A stretch of DNA of 62,459 nt, counting the filler, from Acidimicrobiia bacterium (GTDB lineage Bacteria > Actinomycetota > Acidimicrobiia > Spongiisociales > CAZKJJ01), in the NCBI GenBank assembly GCA_046759765.1. It is 30 parts of 30 records of this genome, joined end to end, with 100 filler letters (N's around TTAATTAATTAA, not from the genome) between each part and the next. Parts side by side here need not be neighbours in the genome. Positions count along the whole stretch, not along the records: positions 9,445 to 11,626 come from JBHICV010000276.1; positions 11,727 to 13,893 come from JBHICV010000277.1; positions 13,994 to 16,149 come from JBHICV010000279.1; positions 16,250 to 18,402 come from JBHICV010000280.1; positions 18,503 to 20,655 come from JBHICV010000281.1; 25 more parts are not named here. The stretch is one strand, 5' to 3'. The notes beneath the pieces are model-generated. The model saw only the letters and a program-made list of their open reading frames with translations. It was not told where the DNA came from and did no database searches. This document shows, in pieces, positions 10,151 through 18,564 of the stretch. Position 1 is the stretch's first letter. Every line of letters starts with the position of its first letter. The position numbers and the translations under genes were made by a program.

Positions 10151-11212
10151 TCACCTCCCTCCTGTTCCACCGGTCTGGCCAGAGTCACCCTGGCCGTATA
10201 GGTTGAACACTTCAAGGAAGTGTTTGTCCTCTCCCGCGGACAGCACCACCAGCTCGACTCGGCCGTCGCCGCCAAGGTCAGCGAGAGCCAGGTCGAGGGC
10301 CTGGCCCGAGAGGCGCATGGACTCCCATCGCTTGCTGAACCGCCGACTCTGGGCATCCCAGCCATAGCCAATGGCTCGCCCTGGAGGCGTCGGAGCTTTG
10401 CCGATCCGGAGTCCGAGCTGCTGAGGGTTCGCGATCGTCACCACCTCAGAGGTCCCTGAGATCGGGGGCGCGATCACCACGCGACGTGGCAGGCTCCGCC
10501 AGACCGCCAAGGCTTCGGCGTAGGCATCGAAGTCCTTGCCCCGGTAGTCGGGGTATCGCGGAGTCTGGGCAAAGCCTCGCTGCTTCACCGCTCCGAGGGA
10601 CTCCTCGGCGTCCCACCGGAGCTGCCCCTGCTCGTCGTAGATCAGAAGCCGACCGTCGGAGGACACGACTGCCAGCTCGTTGCTCCCGTCCCCATCGAGG
10701 TCGCCGGTCCCGAACGCGTAGAGCGACCGCGTCACCGACGAGCCGACGAACCGGGACCCGAGGCGGTACCGGCCGTCCCCCCACGCCACGATCCTCACCG
10801 GCCCTTGGAACGGCTCATAGGCCCCCATCGCTTGAGCCAGGAGGACCTGAGGACTGCCGGGAGTGCGGAGGACGCGGAGATATCGGTCGAAGTTTGTCAA
10901 CAGGTATTCAAAGCGTCCCTTGCGAACTTCCGCGATCGCGGAGGTCAGTTCGTTCTCCATGCGGTTTCCCCGCGCCACTGTCCGGACCGCGGTCAGGACG
11001 ATCTCGTCTTTGCCGTTTCTGTTGAAGTCGCCGGTATCCACGTGGACATAGCTCGTGAAGGCGTCCGGCAGAGGATCATCCACCGCTAGCAGTGCCACGT
11101 CCCTGCCCGTCCACCGGTAGACGACCACCTGCCGGTAGGTGACCCCCACGATCTCGGCCCGGCCGTCCCCGTCCACATCCCCCAGCGCCATGGCCACCAG
11201 GGAGTGTGGGAG
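10151..11212 (-). CDS. FG-GAP/VCBS repeat protein (N-terminus missing)
   Basis: GDVDGDGRAE, GDFNRNGKDE, GDLDGDGSNE, ADLGGDGRVE repeats. Confidence 0.8.
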   Translation of the reverse strand, partial: LPHSLVAMALGDVDGDGRAEIVGVTYRQVVVYRWTGRDVALLAVDDPLPDAFTSYVHVDTGDFNRNGKDEIVLTAVRTVARGNRMENELTSAIAEVRKGRFEYLLTNFDRYLRVLRTPGSPQVLLAQAMGAYEPFQGPVRIVAWGDGRYRLGSRFVGSSVTRSLYAFGTGDLDGDGSNELAVVSSDGRLLIYDEQGQLRWDAEESLGAVKQRGFAQTPRYPDYRGKDFDAYAEALAVWRSLPRRVVIAPPISGTSEVVTIANPQQLGLRIGKAPTPPGRAIGYGWDAQSRRFSKRWESMRLSGQALDLALADLGGDGRVELVVLSAGEDKHFLEVFNLYGQGDSGQTGGTGGR

Positions 11213-11595
11213 CCCACCAGCTGGGTGGCCAGGCACCAGACCATGATCTTCGGATCCTCCTGGAGGTACTGCGGCTTCTTGCGGCTCTGCCAGAGGAAGG
11301 TGCTGTAGACGACTACGATGAGCGTGGCCAGGGTGGCCTTCACGTAGAGCCACTTCCCCAAGGGCGAGTCGAACGACACGATGTATCCGGACAGGCCATC
11401 GCGGATCCCCACAGCCATAGAGAGAATAACGAACACCAGGCCTGCGGCGGTGTTGAAGCGTGTGAGGCTGTAAATCCGGTTCTCGAAGACCGACGTCGCC
11501 AGCCCTTTGAAGAGCCAGTAGTACATGGTCATGAAGGCCATGAGGAGCAGCGCGATATGGAGGTGAACGAACAGCGGATGGAGAACGCCCTGCAT
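11212..11595 (-). pseudogene. DUF2231-like membrane protein, C-terminally truncated
   Basis: LHPLFVH start; closely homologous to 16257-16727 up to TQLVG, where similarity stops abruptly. Confidence 0.65.
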
Positions 11596-11726
11596 CCCGG
11601 CTGTCGCTATTTGACTACATGGTACCNNNNNNNNNNNNNNNNNNNNNNNNNNNNNNNNNNNNNNNNNNNNTTAATTAATTAANNNNNNNNNNNNNNNNNN
11701 NNNNNNNNNNNNNNNNNNNNNNNNNN

Positions 11727-12261
11727 CGAGGTAGAGCAAGGGGGGATGCACGGCCATGAGGATGTTGTTCTGCAACAAGGCGTTGGGACCCCTGCCGTCG
11801 ACGGGCACGACCTCCAGCACCCGGAACGGATTGGCCGCGGTGGCCATGAGCCCGAAGAAGAAAACGGCGACCAGCGCCATCACGGCGAGCGCGCCGGCTC
11901 CCAGCCTGTCGAAGCCTCGCCGCGACACGGCCCGGTGGACCAGGAGGATGTATCCCGCCAGGACGAGACCCCAAAGCACGATGCTTCCCTCCAGCGCCGC
12001 CCAGGCCGTGGCGATCGCGAAGACGAGGGGGGTCGTCGACCGGTGATGGTTTGCCACGTAGGAAACCGAGAAGTCGTTGGTCAGGAGGCCCAGCTCCAGT
12101 GCCAGCATGGCCGCCAGCGCACCACCGGCGAGGAGGTAGACAGGCCGGCGCATCGACGAAGGGGGAGCTGCACCCCTGAAGACGCGGAATCCCTGCACTG
12201 CCAGTGCCACCGCGGCTGCCAGCGCGAGCAGGATGCCCCCTGTCCCGAGCCAAGTGCTCAT
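11727..12261 (-). CDS. ccmF: Cytochrome c maturation heme lyase CcmF (3' truncated)
   Basis: DFSVSYV, WAALEGS, NPF..GRGPNALLQ..HPPLLY. Confidence 0.93.
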
Positions 12262-12689
12262 GACGAGCTGGAGGCCTCTCCGCCCGGCGGGCTGTAGGGG
12301 CCGTCACCGTCGGGGGAGCGGTACTCCTCATCATGCTTCACGATGAGAGTGTCGGAGGCGACGAGCTCCCCACTCCAGGCGCCTTCGACGATCACTCCGA
12401 CGTTTTCCTGGAAGAGCTGCGGTGGGGTGCCGACATGGACCACTCGCAGTGTCGTCTCTCCATCGGTGACCCGGAATGTGATCGTGTCACCCTCGGCAGC
12501 AATGGAGCCGCTCTCGACGAGCCCTCCGAGGCGGAACCGCTCGCCGTCTCGGAACTCGGACCGGCGTTCCGCGGCCTCAGTCGGCGTCAGATAGAAGATG
12601 AGGTTCTCGCCGAGATCAGCCCACGCAAGGACCCCGACTACGACCGCGGCGAGACCGAGGGCCGGAAGAACGAACCAGCGGTATGGCAC
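12258..12689 (-). CDS. ccmE: Heme chaperone CcmE
   Basis: RLGGLV..GS and KHDEEY heme-binding motif. Confidence 0.93.
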   Translation of the reverse strand: MPYRWFVLPALGLAAVVVGVLAWADLGENLIFYLTPTEAAERRSEFRDGERFRLGGLVESGSIAAEGDTITFRVTDGETTLRVVHVGTPPQLFQENVGVIVEGAWSGELVASDTLIVKHDEEYRSPDGDGPYSPPGGEASSSS

Positions 12690-12690
12690 C

Positions 12691-12807
12691 TCAAGTCTCC
12701 TCGAGGCGGCGCCGCGCCCTCCGAATCCGAAACGTCAGCCAAACTGCGTAGGCGACGATGGCACCGTAGGTGACCGCGTACGCGAAGACGATCCAACGCT
12801 CAGACAT
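12691..12807 (-). CDS. ccmD: CcmD-like small membrane protein
   Basis: 38 aa, one TM with AY motif and a basic tail, between ccmC and ccmE. Confidence 0.75.
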   Translation of the reverse strand: MSERWIVFAYAVTYGAIVAYAVWLTFRIRRARRRLEET

Positions 12808-13534
12808 CTCTGACGTGGTCGAGACGAGGCGGTTCGATCGCGCGGGAGGCCAAAGGACGGGTCGTTTGCTCATATTCGTCCTCGAGCCGGGCCAAGAACA
12901 TACGGCGGCGGACCAGCGCCGCGTACACGAGCGTGAAAGCAGCCAGCCCCAAGAAGAGGGGAGTCCGGAGAGAGGGATCGATTGGGGCCGAGTCGAGATC
13001 CGCCAAGGTCTCCGGGCGCAACAGGGTCGGTGGCTGGTGGAGTGTCCGCCACCACAGCACCGAGAAGTGAACGACAGGGACGAGCGCGAAGGCCAGCACC
13101 CCGAGAATCGCCGACCTGCGCGCTCGTTTCTCGAAGTCGTGCTCCGCCCGCCGCAAGCCCAGGTAGCCGAGATAGACCAAGAACATGAGGGCGGTTGTGG
13201 TCATGCGGGCGTCACCCCACTCCCACCAGGTTCCCCAGGTAGGCCGACCCCAGATCATTCCGGTAACGAGGGTCAGGCCGACAAAGAACACGCCGACCTC
13301 GGCCGAGGCGGCCGCCAAGCGATCCCAGCGATCCCGTCTCCGGACGAGCCAAACAACGCTGGCAAGCAATGTCACGGCGAAGGCCAGGTAGGCAAGCCAA
13401 GCAGAGGGAACGTGGACGTAGAGAATCTTGGCGAAGTCGCCTTGCACTTGATCAGGGGGCGCGCTGACGGCGGCTCCGAACGCGATCAGCAAGGCAGCGA
13501 CCGCCGCCATATCGAGCCAGGGACGTGATCTCAT
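12800..13534 (-). CDS. ccmC: Heme exporter CcmC
   Basis: YVHVPSAW, WGRPTWGTWWEWGDAR (WWD motif), WWRTLHQ. Confidence 0.94.
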   Translation of the reverse strand: MRSRPWLDMAAVAALLIAFGAAVSAPPDQVQGDFAKILYVHVPSAWLAYLAFAVTLLASVVWLVRRRDRWDRLAAASAEVGVFFVGLTLVTGMIWGRPTWGTWWEWGDARMTTTALMFLVYLGYLGLRRAEHDFEKRARRSAILGVLAFALVPVVHFSVLWWRTLHQPPTLLRPETLADLDSAPIDPSLRTPLFLGLAAFTLVYAALVRRRMFLARLEDEYEQTTRPLASRAIEPPRLDHVRDV

Positions 13535-13893
13535 CGGGAAGCCTCTTCGAGTGGACGGGCGGCCAGCACCCCTGCCAGCGCGAGCACCAGGACCATCAAT
13601 ACCTGGATCAGGATCCAGCCCAGGATACTGCGACCAACTCGCAACGCTTCCGTGGTCTGAGTAGCCGCCAACAGCAGCGGAACTGAGAACGGAATGACGA
13701 TAAGGGGCACCAGCGCCGTGCGCGTACCCACTCCCGTCGCGATCATTCCTGCCAGGGTCCCGAGCAGGGCCAGACCCACTGCGAACAAGATCCCTGTCAG
13801 AGCGAGCCAGCCCCAGTCAGGAACCGCGACCGGCTGATATAGGACAACGGTCAGCGGACCGAGCACTGCCTCGAATGCCAGGAGTAACAGCAT
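13531..13893 (-). CDS. ccmB: Heme exporter CcmB (5' truncated)
   Basis: Hydrophobic, LVPLIVIPFSVPLL; position in ccm operon. Confidence 0.8.
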   Translation of the reverse strand: MLLLLAFEAVLGPLTVVLYQPVAVPDWGWLALTGILFAVGLALLGTLAGMIATGVGTRTALVPLIVIPFSVPLLLAATQTTEALRVGRSILGWILIQVLMVLVLALAGVLAARPLEEASR

Positions 13894-13996
13894 NNNNNNN
13901 NNNNNNNNNNNNNNNNNNNNNNNNNNNNNNNNNNNNNTTAATTAATTAANNNNNNNNNNNNNNNNNNNNNNNNNNNNNNNNNNNNNNNNNNNNAAG

Positions 13997-14344
13997 ATGA
14001 CGCGTCTCCATCAAACCGTCGCGGTTGTCGCGCATGTCGATCACGACGACTTCTTTGATCACATGGGCGGTTGGGCTGGTGGCTGGTGGCTGATCTTTCC
14101 GATCATCATGCTGATCTTCATGTTGCTGATGATGTCCCGCATGTTTTTCTCCCGGCGTGGCAGCCCCGGGCGCGAGTCGGGGACGGATCCGATGTGGATG
14201 GGTCCCACGGGCAAGATGGGCGGCCACGGCGACGAGAACCGAACACGGGATGAGAGTGCCCTGGACGTGCTGCGGCTCTACGCCGCGGGTGAACTCACCG
14301 ACGAGCAGTTCGACACCATGCGCCGCAAGCTGGAGGAACGATAA
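13997..14344 (+). CDS. SHOCT-domain membrane protein
   Basis: One TM plus ALDVLR.YAAGELTDEQF. Confidence 0.8.
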   Translation: MTRLHQTVAVVAHVDHDDFFDHMGGWAGGWWLIFPIIMLIFMLLMMSRMFFSRRGSPGRESGTDPMWMGPTGKMGGHGDENRTRDESALDVLRLYAAGELTDEQFDTMRRKLEER

Positions 14345-14346
14345 TC

Positions 14347-14589
14347 GTGAAACGTCTCATCATCTGGGCGCTGCTGGCCGCCGGGATGTTGCTGGCCATG
14401 CGCAAGATGGCCGAGAACGCGGCTCCTGCGATACGAGCGAGATGCTCGGAGATGTGCGAACGGATGCTTGCCAGCATGCCCGAGTCGTTTCCCCTCAATC
14501 GCATGATGGCTGATCTCGCGGCCCTCAAGGAACAGACGGCCCGCATTCTCGAAATCCTGGAGACGCCTCAAGCAGGCGACCAGGGGTAG
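14347..14589 (+). CDS. Small hypothetical membrane-anchored protein
   Basis: N-terminal hydrophobic helix, CxxxC, coiled-coil tail. Confidence 0.6.
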   Translation: MKRLIIWALLAAGMLLAMRKMAENAAPAIRARCSEMCERMLASMPESFPLNRMMADLAALKEQTARILEILETPQAGDQG

Positions 14590-14636
14590 TCGTAGACCAG
14601 TTGCTAGCGGTTCAGGGCCGAATACCTGCCCAAGAT

Positions 14637-14771
14637 CTACACGGACTTCCGCAGCGCTCTGACTGAGGTGCCGAGCGAACGCGCCAGGACGGGGAGTTTC
14701 TTGGCACCGAACAACAACAAGAGCACCACGAGAACGATGATGAGCTCCGGGGTGCCGATCCTTCCGAGCAT
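14637..14771 (-). CDS. tatA: Twin-arginine translocase TatA/E (44 aa; not in ORF track)
   Basis: MLGRIGTPELIIVLVVLLLLFGAKKLPVLARSLG; AAGGAGG RBS. Confidence 0.9.
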   Translation of the reverse strand: MLGRIGTPELIIVLVVLLLLFGAKKLPVLARSLGTSVRALRKSV

Positions 14772-14789
14772 GGGCTCGCGTCCCTCCTT

Positions 14790-15257
14790 CTAGGAGCTGA
14801 CCTCTGCTTCACTGATAACGAGCTCTGCCTCCATCCCCGCCTCGCGATGTCCGGGAACACCGCAGAAGATCGTGTAGCGGCCTGGATCAAGCTGGATCGT
14901 CCCTGAGGCCTGCTGGGCGGGGTCGGCTTCGAGGATGAACCCTTCGACCCCTTCGATCTCGAGGTTGTGGAAGATGAGTCCCTGGTTGTCGAGTACCAAG
15001 CGGACGGCTCCAGTGACCTCGACGGAGGCCGGCTCGAAGGCGAACTCGGTCGCCGCCAGGGTGACCTCTCCTTCGGCAGTTGATCCCGCGGCGAGGGTCC
15101 CGGCGGGTCCCGCCAGCCGCACGTACTGGGGACGGGAGGTGAGTCCCATCAACACGACGAATCCGAGCACGGTGGTCAGCACGAGCCCGGCGACGGCTCC
15201 CAGGGCCCACAGCGCCCAACCGCTTCGAGGCCAGATCTCGTCGGCTTCCGCGTCCAT
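14790..15257 (-). CDS. Membrane-anchored cupredoxin
   Basis: FHNL..CGVPGHREAGM type-1 copper ligands. Confidence 0.88.
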   Translation of the reverse strand: MDAEADEIWPRSGWALWALGAVAGLVLTTVLGFVVLMGLTSRPQYVRLAGPAGTLAAGSTAEGEVTLAATEFAFEPASVEVTGAVRLVLDNQGLIFHNLEIEGVEGFILEADPAQQASGTIQLDPGRYTIFCGVPGHREAGMEAELVISEAEVSS

Positions 15258-15386
15258 GTCGGTATGACAGCATTTCGCTCCAGAGCCTTCTACGGGCTAA
15301 AGGCCTCAAAGCGCGGGACTTTCTCCCCTACCGGAGACCGCGGTGGCTCCGACAGTATGCGGCGAGAGGGCGACAAGGAGGCGACC

Positions 15387-15968
15387 GTGGCTCTCACCCG
15401 ACGTGAGTTCATTCTCATAGGAGCGGCGACTGGGGCGACCGCGGCCTCCGGCGTCCTCGTTCCGGTCTCGGTGGCGAGCCGCAAGTTCGTGTCCGAAGAC
15501 GAGGCTTCGGACACTGCGACCGTTTCGGACGAGCCCATGGCCCTGGTCCGGTTCTTTCCGAAGGTGAAGGTGGCACAGCTCTCGACACTTCGCGAGGGCG
15601 AGCCGGTGACGTTCGACTATCCGCTGGTCGGGCAGCGCAACATCCTGGTCAAGCTGGGCCGCCCGGCCGCCGGTGGCTTGGGTCCCGAGGAAGACATCGT
15701 CGCCTTCTCCAGTATCTGCACCCACATGGGCTGTCCGCTGGAGGAGTATCGCCATGACCAGAAGGTCCTCGGGCCCTGTCCGTGTCACTTCAGCACGTTC
15801 GATCTGGCCCACGGCGGGATGGTCACCCTCGGCCAGGCGACACAGAACCTCCCCCAGGTCCTCCTGACCACGGACGGTGACGACATCTTCGCAGAAGGTG
15901 TGGTGCGGCTGGTCTATGGCTTCGACAACACGCTGGAGGGCGCCGAACTGATAGAGGAGACCGCATGA
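15387..15968 (+). CDS. aioB: Arsenite oxidase-family Rieske small subunit
   Basis: Tat signal TRREF, FDYP, CTHMGC and CPCHFSTFD, GQATQNLPQV. Confidence 0.85.
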   Translation: MALTRREFILIGAATGATAASGVLVPVSVASRKFVSEDEASDTATVSDEPMALVRFFPKVKVAQLSTLREGEPVTFDYPLVGQRNILVKLGRPAAGGLGPEEDIVAFSSICTHMGCPLEEYRHDQKVLGPCPCHFSTFDLAHGGMVTLGQATQNLPQVLLTTDGDDIFAEGVVRLVYGFDNTLEGAELIEETA

Positions 15969-16149
15969 GCGATCGAGCCATCCCAGCGTCGGTGCCACTG
16001 CCTCCCCCGGACGCCGCTGTCCACGTGATCTGCTGCGAATACTGCCCGGTCGCGTGCGGTTACAAGGTCTACACCTGGCCGGTGAACCGGGCCGGGGGCC
16101 GGGAGGCGTCGGAGAACGCGCTCGATGTCGACTTCCCCACGACGGCGCT
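15965..16149 (+). CDS. aioA: Arsenite oxidase-family molybdopterin large subunit (3' truncated)
   Basis: VPLPPPDA..CEYCPVACGYKVYTWP matches the AioA-type N-terminus; overlaps the aioB stop. Confidence 0.8.
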
Positions 16150-16256
16150 NNNNNNNNNNNNNNNNNNNNNNNNNNNNNNNNNNNNNNNNNNNNTTAATTA
16201 ATTAANNNNNNNNNNNNNNNNNNNNNNNNNNNNNNNNNNNNNNNNNNNNTAGCAGA

Positions 16257-16727
16257 ATGAGAGTCCTTCACCCGCTGTTCGTGCATCTCCACGTCGCCTT
16301 CCTACTCATGGCGTTCGTGGCGATGTATACCTGGTTGTTCCGCGGCCTCGCGACCAGCGTATTCGAGGACCGGATCTACCGTTTTGCGCGAGCCAACACC
16401 TGGGCGGGTATCGTCACCGTTGCACTCTCGATGGCGGCGGGCTTGCGGGATGCCTTCTTCGGCACCATCGCCCGATTCAGCGGCCCGGTGGGCGGTTGGC
16501 TCTTGATCAAGGTCGTGCTCGCGTCGCTCATGCTTGGCGTCTATGGGCTCTTTATCTACTGGAGCGGGCGGAAGAAGACCTATCTCCAGGAAGACCGAGT
16601 GGCGATGCTGTGGTGTCTCGGGACCCAGCTCGTGGGCGTTACACTCGTCGTGGTGATTACGGTGATCGGCACGATGATTGTCTTCTATCAGGACCGCCTC
16701 CCGCGCTTCCCTGTGCCGTTCGGATGA
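16257..16727 (+). CDS. DUF2231-like 4-TM membrane protein
   Basis: LHPLFVH N-terminal motif, 4 TM helices. Confidence 0.65.
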   Translation: MRVLHPLFVHLHVAFLLMAFVAMYTWLFRGLATSVFEDRIYRFARANTWAGIVTVALSMAAGLRDAFFGTIARFSGPVGGWLLIKVVLASLMLGVYGLFIYWSGRKKTYLQEDRVAMLWCLGTQLVGVTLVVVITVIGTMIVFYQDRLPRFPVPFG

Positions 16728-17986
16728 TGAAACCCCGCGCCGTCAAAGTCGTCGTCCTAGGTGGTGGGTTCGGTGGCCTCTATGCTGCGAGCTATCTCGG
16801 CCGATCAGAGCTGAGAGAGTACAATGCCGAGGTCACGCTGGTCGATCGCAAGAACTACTTCACCTTCACTCCGTTGCTAGCTGAGGTCGCAGGCGGTACC
16901 CTCGGACGCGAGCACGTGACTTACCCGTATCGGGTACTGGCCCGTCGCTACGGATTCGGGTTCATACAGGAAACTGTGACCGGGATCGACATCGAGCGGC
17001 AGCTGGTCGAGACACCGCACTCTGAGCTGCCGTATGACTATCTGGTCATCGCCGTCGGCGCTGAACCTCGCTACTTCAACAATGAGAGGCTCGAGCGCCA
17101 GAGCGTCCCGTTCACCTCGGTTGATGAGGCGTTGGCCGTACGCGGGCGTGTGATTGGAGCGCTCGAGCGCGCAACACTCGTGTCCGACGAGGAGGAGCGC
17201 CGACGTCTCCTCACATTTGTGGTGGCAGGTGCCGGACCTGCCGGAGTGGAAGTGGCCAGCGAGATCGGCAACCTGGCGAACAACGTCCTGCGCCCGTACT
17301 ACCAGGTGCAGACACCTGCTCGTGTCGTACTCGCCGATGGCGGCTCGCGCATCCTGGCCGGTTTCGACGAGCAGCTTGCGCGCGAGGGACTCAATCGGCT
17401 GCGGGAGCGCGGGATCGACGTTCGGCTCAAGACACGGATCGAGGACGTGGCACCCGGAGTAGTCACCGTCCGGGGTCCCGACGGAGGCGATGAGATCCCG
17501 ACCCATACGCTCATCTGGACGGCCGGCACTACGCCTGTCCAGTGGGTCTCCACACTGCCCTTTCCAACCGAGCGCGCAGCGATCAAGATCGATCCGTTCC
17601 TCAGGGTTGAGGGGTTCCAGAACGTCTTTGCTGTCGGCGACGTCACCACACTCACCGACGAGCGGACGGGGCGTCCGTATCCGCGCGTGGCACCGATCGC
17701 CATCAGTCAGGGCGTTCGGGCCGCCGCAAATATCGAGAACGACGTGATGGGACGCGATCTCGAACCCTACCAGGCGTTTCATGCCGGCAAGATCGTGTCA
17801 CTCGGTTGCGGCATCGCACTGGTAGACATCCTCGGCGTGCGGGTCACGGGCTGGCTCGCATGGTGGCTCTACCGCGCCACGTACCTGCTCAAATTGGTGG
17901 GTACCAAGAACAAGATTCGGGTGCTGGTGACCCTTGCCCTCAACCGGATCTTCGAACCGGACATCTCGTACGAGCAGTATGCATGA
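16724..17986 (+). CDS. ndh: Type II NADH:quinone oxidoreductase-like flavoprotein
   Basis: LGGGFGG, FTPLL, GAGPAGVE, WTAG, FAVGD. Confidence 0.88.
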   Translation: MMKPRAVKVVVLGGGFGGLYAASYLGRSELREYNAEVTLVDRKNYFTFTPLLAEVAGGTLGREHVTYPYRVLARRYGFGFIQETVTGIDIERQLVETPHSELPYDYLVIAVGAEPRYFNNERLERQSVPFTSVDEALAVRGRVIGALERATLVSDEEERRRLLTFVVAGAGPAGVEVASEIGNLANNVLRPYYQVQTPARVVLADGGSRILAGFDEQLAREGLNRLRERGIDVRLKTRIEDVAPGVVTVRGPDGGDEIPTHTLIWTAGTTPVQWVSTLPFPTERAAIKIDPFLRVEGFQNVFAVGDVTTLTDERTGRPYPRVAPIAISQGVRAAANIENDVMGRDLEPYQAFHAGKIVSLGCGIALVDILGVRVTGWLAWWLYRATYLLKLVGTKNKIRVLVTLALNRIFEPDISYEQYA

Positions 17987-17991
17987 CTGGA

Positions 17992-18058
17992 GATTGGCGA
18001 TTAGCGATCAAAAACTGCAATTGCCAATCTGCAATCACTAATCTGCAATCGTTAATCT
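17992..18058. repeat. Inverted heptamer (NNNAATC/GATTNNN) repeat between convergent genes
   Basis: GATTGGC GATTAGC ... GCCAATC TGCAATC ACTAATC TGCAATC GTTAATC. Confidence 0.55.
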
Positions 18059-18402
18059 CGAGTCGACGATACCTTCAGCCGACCCACCATCCCCGCCGCC
18101 TCGTGCAGGAAGCAGAGGTACGTGTAGTCACCAGCGACGGTGAAGACCCTGCGATAGCTCTGACCGGGCTCCAGTAGCCCGGAATCCCACGGCGCGGCCT
18201 GGTCGGGCAAGATGTTGTGCTCATCGACCCCTGCCGTTCCCGGCTTATCGGTCGACGTGTGCAACATGCTGCCTTCGTTGATCCAGATCACCGTGTCACC
18301 GACGCTTATCGTCGGGTTTTCGGGTACGAACTTCATATCATCCGTTAAACGAATGAGGACGGTGTGTTCCCCGGCCTCAATGGCGTTTTGAGTTTGCCCG
18401 CC
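18052..18402 (-). CDS. Plastocyanin-like blue copper protein (5' truncated)
   Basis: HTST..WDSG..YLCFLHEAAGMVG. Confidence 0.9.
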   Translation of the reverse strand, partial: GGQTQNAIEAGEHTVLIRLTDDMKFVPENPTISVGDTVIWINEGSMLHTSTDKPGTAGVDEHNILPDQAAPWDSGLLEPGQSYRRVFTVAGDYTYLCFLHEAAGMVGRLKVSSTRD

Positions 18403-18564
18403 NNNNNNNNNNNNNNNNNNNNNNNNNNNNNNNNNNNNNNNNNNNNTTAATTAATTAANNNNNNNNNNNNNNNNNNNNNNNNNNNNNNNNNNNNNNNNNN
18501 NNGCCAGTGGCGGCCCGGCAAAGTTGGACAGAAACATGCAGATGCTGGGCGGACAAGGAACCTA

